Shown here piece by piece: positions 50,951 through 64,000 of a stretch of DNA of 64,000 bases (its first letter is position 1; every line of letters starts with the position of its first letter). The translations under genes were made by a program, and so were the position numbers. The DNA comes from Camelus dromedarius (taxonomy: Eukaryota): the NCBI RefSeq assembly GCF_036321535.1, contig NC_087436.1:3968001-4032000 (forward strand), in the 5' to 3' direction. The notes below the pieces were generated by a model. The model made no database searches. It had not been told where the DNA came from and was given only the letters and a program-made list of their open reading frames with translations.

Positions 50951-52140
50951 TATTCTACAGCTTTTCATTCCCTACTGGAGAAGCAATTTCTAGAGTCACT
51001 TGAAAGGAACCTGTGATGAATGTAAATGTCACATCCAGGGACTAAATTTCCAGAAGCCTTAACTAAAGAAATACTCATACAAGATCACAGGAATGTTTGT
51101 ACAAGAAGGATGCCAGTCAAACATCCTTTCTGAAAGTGGAAAATGGAGAAAACTTAAGGGTCCACCATCAAGAAAAGGATGCAGTAAATCACGGCGAGAT
51201 GTGGGCTTTGAAGGGGCCGGCGATTCGGCAAGGTCCAGGGCCGTGTCCACATCGCTCTCCCACCAAAGCTGTCCTTGCACAAGAGACCACACCTGCACAT
51301 CAGGAGACCCCTCCACTCTATCCGAAAGGACTGGGTGAGTCTGGAGTGGGAGGATGTCTGTGATATACCCGTGAGTGAATAAAGCGAGCTGCAGAACACA
51401 TATAGTATGGTCTTATTTTTCAATAAAGCATATATACACACACATATAAATAGATTTCCCATATACGTGTACATATGTAGGTATGTATGTATTTATGGAT
51501 ATATATATATATATGTCATAGGCATAAATGTCATGAAATATATACACCACATTGTCAACAGCTTTTACACTCAGGAAATAAGGGGAAGGGAGGTAGGGGC
51601 CTTTTGGTACCACCACAGTTCTCTTTTCAGTATTTCAGTTAAGTATACTTGAATTTAAAAGTTTTTTTCAAGTCCGAAGTAAAATGGACGATGCCTCCAC
51701 AAGACAGAATGCTATACTGGTAATTAAAAATCATGCCAGGGGAATTAGAATATTGTGGAAAAACATGTAATAAGCCGAATGGAAAATGGAGGTCTCCACA
51801 CAGTCAACAGGCACAGAGTGATCGCTGGTTTTTATGACAGAGGTGATACAAACTGACAAAAAGAACAGAAAATAGATGTTAAAGTGTTAATTACTATCTC
51901 TGAGTAGTGGGACAAGGATACCCTCTTTTGCCCCTTTTTTCAGACTTATTATATTAAATACACATTATTTTTCATCTGAAAAAAGCATTTTTAGGTGTCT
52001 AGTACCACGCATTGGAGAAAATACATGAGTACTTACAGAAACAAATAACTAGGAGGCACCGCAGCAGCATCACAAAATGAAGAACAGGCGATCCTGAATA
52101 ACAACGCGCAGTTACAGAAAGACCCACAAAGTGAGAGCAC

Positions 52141-52261
52141 CTGCTGTAACAGGGCATGGCCCCCTTCTATTTGTCAGTTGTGTCTTCAGGGCTGAGGCAG
52201 TTCTGAGCACGGCCAGTGTCAGTGCTGGTGTCTGGATGGATGCCACTGGAGGTGAGGGCAC
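52141..52261 (-). pseudogene. TRAPPC9: TRAPPC9 pseudo-exon (human exon 6 equivalent), 121 nt
   Basis: ttgcag|GT GCC CTC ACC...TAC AGC AG|gt translates to [38 protein letters not shown]. Recalled human is [40 protein letters not shown]. Stop at 52167-52169; 1 nt short at the 3' end. Confidence 0.94.
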
Positions 52262-54711
52262 CTGCAAGCTGAGAGGAAAAACAGAAATCATCCTCTGCTT
52301 TTTCTGTCTTGTTTCTTTGTTACTGTAAAAGAGAGGCATAAATAAGATAAACTGTGAATCTTCCCTACTGAAATTTCAGTAATGAAACCGTTCTTAAAAC
52401 CTTCACAGCTTATATTCTGCTTATAACTGTCTTTTCAACAAAGCATCATATTTATTAAATGTTAATTAACTCAACTCCCTGTTGAAACCTTCTATTAAAG
52501 AACATGAAATGCACTACGTGAAAGCACCACGCCTGCAGTGACTACCTTATCTGCCTTGATGGCAGTGCAGTCAGCACTCACCATCCCGTGGCCCTGAGCT
52601 CCTAATGCTGCTAAGAGAGCATGCTGCCGCCTCTGATGGAGAGAAACTGTGAAAACATTCTCTGAAATCTACAGCACTGACAAAACATAACTGACAAATC
52701 CCAGGCTCCTTGGAGGCTGTCAATTTCTGTTTCTGTCCAAACACCGTCAATGAGCAGAACCACCCCATTCCGAGCCATGGGACTCACGTGGGAAGCAGTT
52801 TTGGATAAATTTCCATGTATAGAATGTAACCAACTATACATAGAACTCTGACAAAATAAAAGATGAAATACTCTGATTTTGGAAGACACTCAAAATATTC
52901 TCCTAAGCCTTAGTAGCTGGAAAGGCTGGGCTTCTCCTCATCCACTTATTCATTTCACATCCAGTGAGAATCTCCCACAAACCCTGTTTCCCTGTGTCTG
53001 CTGGGAGCCTCAGGCACACTCTTGCTGTCGATCTTATAAGTCACAGCAATCTTATAAGTCTTAAATGTCTCACGCCTGCAACCCTCACACAAGCTCACCA
53101 ACTAGCCATAATGTCTGTACTTGGCCCCATTTTCTCACCTGTTTATTTGGTATCTGTTCTTCTGTAAGCTGCCTAATATGCTTCTTGGAACAAGTCAGAA
53201 GAATGAGTGGGTAGATAAATGGATAGATGGACAGGTGAGAGATGGGCAGACAAACAGAGAGACTCCAAGAAAAGGGGAAAGAAAAGGGGAAAGAAAATTT
53301 CCTATGCAGAACCCTCTTCTAGTCAGGGAAGAAAACCACCACGGAGAAGAGTGAAGAGGCAGATGGCTTAGGGCTGTTTCCTGGATTCCATGAAAAGTCA
53401 CACCAAGAGATGAGAGGGTAGAACTATAAATAATAAAAGAAAAAAAGCATGCATGCTTGAAAAATATATCTACAGTATGTACTTTATAAAGGATAGATTC
53501 AAATCATCAGGGCCCAATAACACAATCCTTGGGTATTTACAGAAGTGAGAATCCCATCTCCAAACCACAAGGCATCCCTTCGGAGCACTAAGAGTCTACA
53601 CGGGACGGTCATAAAGCCGTCACCGCAAAAGTTATGCTATCCTGCGCTTACGAGGAACGAGCAGCTGTGCTCGGGCTGCCCAGGTGCGCCATTTATACCC
53701 CACAGCACCTCTACGGGGGGGGGACGCCTAGCGAGCCCGTCTCTACAGGACAGGAAACAAGTCCGGGAGAGGCTAAGCTGACCTAACATTTCTCCATCTC
53801 ACAGGACTGGTCACTCCAGAGCAGGACTCGAACTCGGACCCACGTTTGTAACCATGGTACTAACGTGCTCTGTGTGCTTTTTGTGTGTATAATACATTTG
53901 TTTCTGGCATGAAAGAATATTTAATAAATGATCGGTTGTCTTGTCTATCTCATTAGCTCACAATCTTTATATTTTTGAATTGTACTCTTTTCCCCTGGAG
54001 AAAGGAATGGAAAGAACAGGGGTCAGAATGAGGTGGGGCTCCATTCTTTATATGGTACCTCATCTCATCCAAGTCCCCAACCAGGGAGAAGGAGCAAATG
54101 TTGTCTTCAATTTTAAAGAGAGTGCTCCACTGATGGTGACTTATTCAACTGCAAAACCAAGGCTGGGGGCAGGGACATGCAGCAACCAGAGCTGTATCAC
54201 CTGTAGGAAGGCGGGAAAAGCTCATGGGAGGGCTCAGGGGGTCAGCCTGATTTAACTTCAATCGATAAAAGAATAACACACTCTAAAAATACTAGCATTC
54301 AATGGATTTGTTCTTTCTTGTCATTTAGCAAGTTTCCACAGCGCACATGTAAGATTATCGTGAACCAGTGAAAAGAAGAGTCTACAGATAGGGAAAATCA
54401 ATGCCACAGGCAGGCTGAAAGCCAGGCTGGAGGAAAGGAAGGGAAAGGGCATCGTTATGAATAGGGGAAAGACTGGGAAAAAGACATCATCACAAAGACC
54501 CTCAAGCATCATTCAACAATCATATTATCATTCATTCAAGAGAGAGTTACTGTGGTCTTATTTTGTGCAAGATTGTACAGAGGGCAAAGCAAGAGTGCAG
54601 CATCCATGGTGGCAGCAAGTGGCGGGGCTCAAGTAAACTTCTGATCCCGGTACCTGGCACACTTGTCCTCAGTATAAAGGCAAAGAAAAAAAAGTAAAAT
54701 AATGCTCTGTA

Positions 54712-54995
54712 AACTCAAAGCATTGTTGAAAAAAATTAAAGAAGACCTAAATACCTGGACAGACACACCACGCACATTCCTGGATCAGAAGACAGCGCTC
54801 TTGGAATGGCAGTGCTCCCCAGAGCGATCCATACATACAACGTGGTTTCGATCACAATCCCAGCTGGCTCCACTGCAGAAACTGACTAGCTGCTGCTACA
54901 ATTCATATGGGAATTCGAGGGTCTCAGTAACCAAATTGTGCTTGAAAAAGAACAACGTGAGAGGACTTGTAATACTCAATTTCAAACCTTACAAC
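54712..54995 (+). mobile_element. L1 ORF2 fragment
   Basis: Frameshifted remnants of KALLKKIKEDLNTW... and LKKNNVRGLVILNFKPY. Confidence 0.8.
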
Positions 54996-56404
54996 TGTAT
55001 CTCCAGGTGTGGTTAGAGGCCATTTTTAAGTTATTATTGTGTTTATCCTTATTTTCTAAATTCTCTACAATGAAAATAACTGTTACAATAAGAAAAATAA
55101 AAAGTAAGGTATCTTTTAAAACATGCACACCAATTCATTCATTGGGAAAATAATATTTTAACTATAAAGAGGTAAACAAATATCTAGTGAAAAAGGACTA
55201 CTTAAAACAACAGTGCATTTACATTTTTCATAAATTGAAAACTGAAAAGTACAAACACATCAAGTTTCTAGGGAGACCGATGCAACATATTAATAGTTAT
55301 TTTCAAAAATTCTAATTCAACAATGAAAACTCAAGAAAGGGAAAATCGTGATTGACAGCCAACTGCAAACACATGGAGAGCAAAGGCCTAGAAATCACAG
55401 TGCCTTTAACTCTGCTACTAACTCAATAGGAGAGGAAATTCCTCCCTGAGGGGAGAGTGGAATCCCATGCATAAGACAGGATACACAGTACAAACTGCAC
55501 TAGAATCAGGGGTGATTTTCTTAGAATTCTAAGGTTACAACATTGCTGAAAAACTATAAAAACACTGACAGACAGATTAAAACACACAGTCATATATATT
55601 ATATAGAAACATATGAAGTCTGCTCCCATGTTGCATAGAAATACAAACATATTTGTTCATTTATGGGCACTGATTACTTTATCCCAGGTAGAATATTTCA
55701 ACTACAACAAATAATCAATATTACACACCTTTTGTCAAATCTAGTTGATAAGTTACTCTGCTATGTAAACATAATGTGTCTAAGATAGATCTAAAATTAG
55801 TGAAAAAGATCTTTGTATGCTTCCTTGAACTCTTCTCAAAATTCCAAGCTTAATTTTAAAATACCTCTGAGCAGTATTTCTATATGATCTTTTCCCTCGT
55901 GAAATGAACAACACAGTCTGTTGTCAAAATTATGTCCTTACAATTATTCACGAGCACCGTATCCTAACAAAACTGCTGGACAAAAAGGCACTATCCAGAC
56001 ACTGTGACAAAACAAATGAAACACAAGGATGACAGTGACCCTATTCTGGAGGGCTTATAATGTGTTCCAACACCGGGGTTTTTATTTGATTGGTTTGATT
56101 GGTTAGAAAAATAAAATCACTCAAGTACTTTCTTTTTGAGCATTCTGTAAGTCATGACTGTTTTCAGTGTCATGAGCAGGAAAGACTTAAGCAAGACTTG
56201 ATTAGGTCAAATAGCAACAATCATCACTGGAGAGTGAGTAATAAAGAAGTAAACTGATAGCAATGCTTCTGCCTACATGAGACCTAAAATAAACCTACAC
56301 TGATCTCTGCAAGGAAAATGAGGAGTTGAGGTCCCCAATGAGAAAACAAACTAACAAGAAATCAAAAAAGGAAAGACTTTTTCCATAACGATTCCAGGAA
56401 GGAG

Positions 56405-56590
56405 TGGAGCATGGTGGTGAAGAGCACAGATGCTGGGGACAAACATGAGGGTCTGAACTCCCACAGCACTGGGTAGCTGTGACACTGATATGTCAGTGAA
56501 ATTTTCTGCATCCCAGTCTCCTATCCATAGACTGGGGACAACAACAGCACCCGTCTCCTAGAACAGTCCTAAGAATTAAGTTATTTTATA
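56405..56590 (+). mobile_element. MIR SINE remnant
   Basis: gcatggtggtgaagagcacag...tagctgtgacact...cagtctcctatccatagactgggg. Confidence 0.7.
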
Positions 56591-56624
56591 TATAAAAATT
56601 TAAATAAAATACCTCAGATTATAA

Positions 56625-57665
56625 ATATTACCCCAAAACACAAGGAACAAAGAAAACAGTGATAAATTGGAATTCATCAAAATGTAAAACATTTCTTCAA
56701 AGGACACCATCCAGAAAGTGAAAAAACAACAAACAGGAGAAAATTTTTTCAAATCATTTATCTGATTAGGAATTTTTATCTTCAAATAAAAAAAAAACCT
56801 CCTATAACTCAACAATAAAAAGGGAACTCAATTAAAAAGTGAATAAAGGATCTGAAAATGTATTTTTCAAAGAAAATATACAAATGGCCAATAAGCACAA
56901 TCAAACGATGTTTAATATCATTAGCTGTAAAGGAAATCAAGTCAAAACCACTAGGAGAAACCGCTTCACACTCACTACAATAGGTTATAATAAAAAAAAA
57001 AAAGAGTAACAAGCACTAATGAGGACACAGAGGAAGCGGAGCTCGCAGCCCTTGCTGGTGAGAACGTAACGCTGTGTGACCACTTTGGAAAACAGCCTGG
57101 CAGGTCCTCAGAGAGTTGAACATTTGGTTTATGAATGACCCAGCCTTTCTGCTCTCTGGGCACACACGTAAGAGAACTGAAAACCAATGTCCACATAAAA
57201 ACTCCTACAGGAATATTCACGGCGCCATTACTCATCACAGCCAAAAAGCAGAAACAACACAAATGACTATCACCTGATGAATGGGGTAAACAGTGGGGCC
57301 CAGCCATACAGTGGAATATTATTCAGGAATAGCAAAGCATAGAGTACTGACCCAGGCAACACCGTGGACAAACATTTAAAACGTTACTCAGTGTGAAAGA
57401 AGTCAGTCACAATAGACGGTTTCATTTACATGAAATGACTCATTTTACATGAAATGTCCAACAGAGGCAAATCCACAGAGAGAGAACAGTGGCTTCCTGG
57501 GGCTGGGGGAGGATGGGGAAGATGGGAATGACTGCTTGTGAATACGGGGCTTCCTGTTGGGGGATGAAAATGTTTTAAGATTGACTGCAATGCACAATTA
57601 TGGGCATAGAGTAAAAACCGCTGTACATTTTAATGGGTGAATTGTATTAAAACTGTTAAGAAAAA
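56625..57665 (+). mobile_element. L1 (L1MB-like) 3' fragment
   Basis: Contains gataaattggaattcatcaaaat, caaatggccaataagcaca and catacagtggaatattattcag, and ends in an A-rich tail. Confidence 0.9.
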
Positions 57666-60305
57666 AAGCACCTAGGGCCAGTACTTTCAAATAGTAGATG
57701 CAAATTGCTAACTTTTATTACAGGAAGAAGAAACTGCCCTCAGCATGAAAGCAGGAGATCATCATGTGGGTAAACTGAAATTGGACAAGAGCATTTCACT
57801 TGAAACAGTTGCTGAGTGTACACGAAATACTCAGAAATAGGAAAATCAGCTTGACATCACGAAGAAGAATTCTGCTTCAAATGAAGATCAAGGATTTAGC
57901 AAGCCCAGCTGCTAGAAATGACCAGAGAAGATACTTTGTTCTTAGAACAAGCACCAGAGCCAACAAGGAAATGGTGGTGAGGAACGCAGGCAGCCGAAAA
58001 TCTGGAACAGTTTGCTACAAATAATTTCTCCACTGAAAATTCAAAAATAAAATGAAAGTGACACAATGCTGTGCTGGTCTCACCCGAATGGGCTTCCTCC
58101 GGTGCTCAACAGTTCTGTAACCCCGAATGAGAGACTCAGGAGAATCAGCATGTTTCCTGGCAGTCCCCAAGTGACTGCCCACCAGCACACTGACCACCAT
58201 CACATCTGCCAGGGTTGTATTGCAGAGAAGAGACCAACTTCTAAAAGGCATAGGAAATGTTGACAAGGGAAGAAAAGGCTGCAGTAAGTTCTGGGACAGA
58301 GGCCCTGTGAGCAGAGGCCAGAAGGCTGCAGGTGAACTGGAGTTGCCCTGGGGCAGGAAGGGACCATGAAGTAGCAGATCTCAATTCTCTACTCTCTCTC
58401 CCTTGGGTAGGAGAGATAAACCTGCATCCTTCTCACCTGGAACTGTGGGTTCTGGCTTGCAGAAGTCTTACCTACAGTAAATGATTACTCAAGACTCTGT
58501 GGAAATAGCCCAGAAATCGATAGGGAGTAGGGAGCCAACTCCACGATCCTATCAAATGCTACCATATTTATTGTGTATAATCAAAGGAAAAAGTCATTAA
58601 CAGTTGTGTGATAGTAAGCAGGAACTTGGGGAAAGAAGGGATGAGAAAGAGATTGTAGAATCCACCATGAGTACAAAGTCTTCGTGTATCTTTAGGGAAG
58701 TCATGGGGTGTGGGGAATAAGATATATTCTTTAGATATGTGAATTACAAAGCAGACCACCAGACCAGCTAGGTCCTTGTTTTGGGGATAATAGACTATCT
58801 AACTGCACACAAGCCCAGCGTTTATACCTGAGGGCCTGGGTCATTGCTTTGCAATTAGCAGAGTGCTATCTAAAACCTCAACTATGCAAGCAAAGCATTG
58901 CCTCTGCTTTTTAAGGCAAGGAGACAGGAGTGAGGATGCACAGACGCTTGCTTGCAAAGCAGTTACTAAGCTTTTTTTTTCTCCTTAAAGTTGACAGACG
59001 GCTGGGGTCTGTTAAAATTTGTTAACCCAATCATGGGCTCCCACATGGAACCATTATGGAGGACACCCTTGGGTGACAAATCCTGGCTCTGGGCCTTTTC
59101 CTGCCAGCTTCAGCCACTCTAGCAGGGTCTAGGCAGATCCCTGAATAACGATCCTACAGAACCACCCACACTCTTAACTCCTGGTGCCTGAAACTTAATT
59201 TTAGCTCTACACAACTTAACGTAGAAAACTTTCAGAAATAAAAGATATTATATTCATTTTATATCTCATCATATTACTGATTTTTCTGATAGCTCTAAGC
59301 TGCTGCTTCTTGGTAAACAACTAATTCTGCAGGTGAATTCCATACTTTCTTTGGGCATAACTAGCCAGTTTGGTCTCGCTGAATTCTATTGGTCAAATAT
59401 CGATACACTTAATTGATTTCATTGTTCATCAGTTTCAGCTGGGAGTAGAGGGAGTGTCACTTTGTTCCTCAGCCCACCCTCAACTCTTTATCGTCAGCAA
59501 ATCAGGCTTCTGGAAAACAAAAAGAAAGAATTTGTTTCCCTTCTACAGTTTCAACAAACACAACAGGATATATCAGCCTGGAGAGAGAATTCAACACAAA
59601 TGTTAAAACAAAACTCTATAAACCTGAAGCAACTCCATCTCTGAATCATGATACACAATGACATGAGAGTTAAGTGTGTCAGGCACAAAGCACGGGTGAG
59701 CCTTACCACCTGACTTCTGTTCTTCAAAGGAGGGAAGGTTTTCCTATTTTTTATTATCACTCTGTCATTGTTTCTGATTAAGCCAAAAACTAGTGTATGA
59801 AATAATTAAGCACTGCAATAACAGATTTTTGTTGTATCAATTACAGAAGGCATTCAGAGGGGATAGGAAAACCCACCTCTGTAAAAAATGCAAAATATCT
59901 TCCCCTGTTAAGAACACGTATACAAAATGCAACAGAGAATTCAAACTCTTGTGGAGAGGAGCAAAAGCCACAGAAACAAAGCAAAGTCATTACTATGAGT
60001 CAATTCAAAATTCACTGGACAATCATGCTCAATGCATTCAATGAAATTTTAAGGCTCACTGCAAACCATTCACTTAATGATCTGCAGGCTAGAGGAACAA
60101 TTTCTCTCTTTAACAGACAACAGTAATCAATAGGGTGCCCCACCAAACAAGGACCAAAGAACAATCAGGTTTTTAACAGTTCTGATAAATCAGCATGTTC
60201 TAAAGATCAAAATCCAAAAATTTTAAACATTCATTCACACCACAATGAAACAAGCACTTAAAAAAAACAAAAAACTCAAAGAAACTAAGCACATAGATCA
60301 TGTAC

Positions 60306-60332
60306 TTGGATCAATGAGAACTTCATGTACCA
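60306..60332 (-). pseudogene. TRAPPC9: TRAPPC9 27-nt micro-exon (human exon 5 equivalent)
   Basis: ttctttcttccag|TG GTA CAT GAA GTT CTC ATT GAT CCA A|gtacat gives VHEVLIDP vs recalled human AQEVLIDP. Length, phase 1-1 and position relative to the other exons all fit. Confidence 0.88.
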
Positions 60333-61195
60333 CTGGAAGAAAGAATAAGCTATAGCCTTTTCCTTGAAAAATAAAACTACTTTTAAAGATAAATGCTAAA
60401 ACACATTTCATCGTTCATGTTACCTTGAAAATTCTGAGGCACTTGTATCTGATTAGAAAAGCAATTCTGAGTAATAATATGTTACGATTCAGTGCCAGTT
60501 TGCTTTAGAAGAAAAGAGAAAAGAAAAGCTCCTGTTCCTCAAATCCTGCACAAAGTGTGAAGTGCCTCCCGGCCTCTTTCTCCTCCCGTTTTCTAAGCTC
60601 ATGCTCCCCAACCCTTCTGAAGCAAGTATGACAACCTCTTATTCCCACCAATATGCAAAATGACAAAAGAAAATCAATTTATTTGTGTAAATATATGCCT
60701 ACACCTTGAACTGGAGGAGAAAGGTATCAGAAGTCCATAAGGAACTTATTTCTACATTCCTGAAATCACACACACAAACGTTCACACAGACACAGACACA
60801 TACCCCCTGGATTACTGGGCACTTCACAAGCTTAGGACTTCCAACTTCTAGAAGATAACTTTGTAGTTAGTTTAAAATACAAAACTGTCAGCTTTTGAAA
60901 GCCTTGATCATCTGCTAAACCATCCAATTATCAAAGAGACCCAATTAGCCTTCTCTGTAGAATGTAATTTCCCATGATGGCAAAACAGACCCTAAGAAGT
61001 ACTGGGTCCAAGTCTCATGTTTATCACTAGCTATGACCGTTTTTAAGCACATTAACAGATTCAGAAAGCTTTGTCCCAACATTTATTCTTATTGATATCG
61101 TATACATGTTCAAATGCCTATACAGAGACTAGGTCCCATGATGGTGTTTAAGAGCTCTTTTGTGTATTGCAATATTTATTTTTAAGTGCAGACAA

Positions 61196-61325
61196 GGAGG
61201 GTGGGTGTTACTCAGTTGTAGACCACCTGCTTAGCATGCACAATGTCCTGGCTTCAGTCCCCAGTACCTCCAAAAAAATAAATAAAAATAAGTGCATAAC
61301 TAAAAATGAGTAAAGTTATAAAAAA
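61196..61325 (+). mobile_element. tRNA-derived SINE, camelid Vic-1-like
   Basis: actcagttgtagaccacctgcttagcatgcacaatgtcctggcttcagtccccagtacctcc plus an A tail. TSD-like tgcagac on both sides. Confidence 0.88.
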
Positions 61326-62714
61326 ATGCAGACTAAAAACCACTGCAACCTAGGAGCCACAATTGCAATAAAAAAACAAGTGTTTCTATCAAATATTGAC
61401 TATATGCCAATCACAGAGACAACCACAACTCACACCTGACAACCATCACTTGTGATTCTCAGCAACCCTACTAAGTAGACACGGATGAGCAACCCAGCAC
61501 TGCGGATGAGGAGATGGAGCTCGGAGGAGCCGGGGACGCTGACCGTCCTGCTCCCTGTGACACCGCGTCAGCCCAGGGCAAGAGCTGACAGAGCTGCATT
61601 GAGGGGACACCCAGCTGCATGGAACCTTGTGGCACTGGGGAGTCCCAGAAAACACTAAAAATTTTTCAGTGAAAAACCAGCTCAAATACATTACACTGTG
61701 CCTCATTCTTTAAAAAGGGAACGTGACTGAGACCTTTTTGATGCCTCCGTGTCCTTTCTGCCATCATCAGTTACTTGCCCTCTCAGCATGACCAGTGATG
61801 ATATGGACCCCTTATGAAGTGCACTCCGATGGCAGAGCATTTAAAGCTGTTTTATTAAGTTTGTAAGACTCTGTCTATGCCTCACACAGGCGGTCATCCA
61901 TCACTTCTCCCTGGTGTGGATGTACCACCTGAAATCATTCCTTTCTGCTTTTTAAAATCCCTTCATCTAATCCAGACTTTTCAACAGCAAAGAAGCAGCT
62001 CAACCACAGACAGTGGACAGCTTTTCACTAAATTACTCGAACAGCCCATCGGACTACCTGGAAACCCTTTACTTCTATTAAACCCTCTTCTGGGTACTTC
62101 TGATTGGTGGACTTGGCCTCTGACTGGCCTACTCAGAGAGCTCCCAGCCTCACATCCGGGGGTGGGAGAGGAAACTGCAGTTGGGGGAAATCAGTGCGGA
62201 ATACGGACATCCTCCCGCCAGGTCTGCACGGGTAGAAGTGCCACAACGTGCTAAGAAATTATACCGTCATTACCCCTGGGCTCCCATGGACTGGTTTCAC
62301 ATTAACCAAACTCATGACACACTGATGCAAGAAAACCAGAAATTTAACTTATTAATGTAACAGAAGACGTGAAACTATGAACCAGACTGCAATATCAGAG
62401 TTCAACCATGAGTACATGTTCTCCTCAATGGCCCAATCACGGGCAGGCAGTCACATGGCAAGCGTGGACAGAAGCAGAGCAGCAGAAAGGGTTTCTAGAT
62501 TAATTCAATGGACTGAATTTCTGTTATACCAACAGATCTACTGTCTGGAAAACAACGCTAATCACGGTGCACTCTTCATGGACAGTGGCCAAGACACGAC
62601 TGTGAGCACCTGTGTGACTCTCCTTTCTCTGTCCTTTCTGGGCTAACTGATGCACAGACGTACAGAGATCCAGGGATGCAGATACATCTAAACACCCAAA
62701 GCCCATTTTCGGAG

Positions 62715-62940
62715 CCTCAAAACCAGACAGCCAGGGTTTAAATACCAGCTCTGCCGCTTACTATTTCTGTGACCTTGGCCAACTTACCCTCTGTGTGCCT
62801 CAATTTCCACACTGTAAAACTGGTATAAAAATCAAACTTTTCTTACTCGCTTGTTGAGAAGATTGAAGGATACATTTCTGTAAAATGCTCAGAAAAAATG
62901 TAGCACATTTTTGGTGCTCAACAAATATCAACTTAATATT
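62715..62940 (+). mobile_element. MIR SINE remnant
   Basis: gggtttaaataccagctctgccgcttactatttctgtgaccttggcc...gcctcaatttcc. Confidence 0.8.
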
Positions 62941-64000
62941 ACAGTGGTTTACAAGTCTCCTTTCTAATCATCTCCTGTGTTTCCTGGCTAGACTAAGTCC
63001 CAAAGGAAATCTTCATTTCTCCTTTTATAAACTCTTGGGGTGCACCCTTCTGTTCCATCCCACCACCTGTTTAAACTGAGGGAGGGGATGCCTCCTCCCC
63101 ACTCCTCTGGGCCACGGAGAGTGCTTCTCCCTTCATACCCCTGGCCCCTGGCTCACAGTTAGCCCTCCTCACACTAACAGAGTGAGGTGTGATTCCAGGG
63201 AGACAAGCAGGGCATGTGAAGCCCTTCCTTTCCCTCCAGGGTTGGCCACCCTTGGGAAGCACCTGGGGTGCTCAGCTCCATAGCAGGACAGCCCTTTGCA
63301 TGATGGGGCAGATCTTCTCAAGGGAAGGCTCGCTGTGGCACAGAGATACCTGGGACAGGGTAAGTCTCTATTTCTGGGACACTGTATCACAACACTCATT
63401 TACCCACAACCCTGAAGTTCATGGAGAGCGTGGCTTCATCAGTAAAAAAGAAAACATTTATCGCCTGCCTAGTCTTTCGTATTATCTCTCAGTTGGCTGC
63501 TGGAGACAACATGTGTATAAGTATTGGATCCCCTTAGGCCCCAACATATATGAAGTAACAAAAACTCTGTAGCTTAACGTTGGTTCAGGGCGACTGTGTA
63601 ACGGTCCTGACTCTGCTGATGCTAAATTATGGGTATAGGAACTATGGAACCTCCTCAAATATCTTTCATCATAAAACCAGCTTTTCTTATTTTCCTGTTT
63701 CTTAGTAATTGCCAAAGACCATCAAATGATGGCTTCACACAAAACAGCAGCTAAAGTTTATAAGCCCTCTTGACATAACCACTGTGGTAAACACTTTACA
63801 TAACTTCTAATTCTCACAATTCTACAAAGCAGATACGAGAGTCCCCATCTCACAGACGAGGGAAAAACTCAGAACGAACTGACTCAGGCTCACGTGGTTC
63901 AGTGGCAGCACGTACACGCAAACCCAAGTCAAAAAACTACACCCCTTTGTATATGTACCAAATCATCTCCCACCAATTAACATACATCGGCGGTGTCAAT

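Larger units (their letters stand above)
21785..60332 (-). pseudogene. TRAPPC9: Unprocessed partial TRAPPC9 (NIBP/Trs120) pseudogene: four consecutive exons with introns, probably continuing beyond the right edge
   Basis: Four AG/GT-flanked segments lie in the correct order and orientation. They translate to a diverged version of recalled human TRAPPC9 from ..AQEVLIDPGALTTNG.. to ..YSLSLDPKDFS, with two in-frame TAG stops and two 1-bp deletions. Confidence 0.93.

Noticed and set aside
21785..60332. Functional TRAPPC9 gene
   Set aside because: Three of the four exons carry stops or frameshifts, replacements are numerous, and the next exon was not found.
4463..63715. Remaining short ORFs in the supplied track
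   Set aside because: No recognisable homology, many non-ATG starts, and lengths expected by chance in intronic and repeat DNA.

Overview
Mammalian genomic DNA, probably camelid judging by three tRNA-derived Vic-1-like SINEs. It shows a satellite-to-unique-sequence transition. Positions 1-~4175 are the edge of a 249-bp satellite array with a 4-monomer (996-bp) higher-order repeat, and ~4180-5400 holds about five very old monomers of the same family. A repeat-rich block of unknown origin follows (~5.4-19 kb). From ~19 kb to the end, on the minus strand, is an intron-containing, disabled copy of four consecutive TRAPPC9 (NIBP) exons (human exons 5-8, including the 27-nt micro-exon). It has two in-frame stops and two 1-bp frameshifts, and I could not find the next downstream exon. 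This is best read as a satellite-adjacent segmental-duplication pseudogene. One of its introns holds a full-length ~7.2-kb ERV1-like provirus without coding capacity that keeps paired LTRs, a 4-bp TSD, PBS, GACG-tetraloop hairpins and PPT. Solo LTRs, L1, MIR and MER elements are also present. I see no intact protein-coding gene and no evidence for a wholly new biological system. All family and gene assignments come from memory and by-eye alignment, not database searches.
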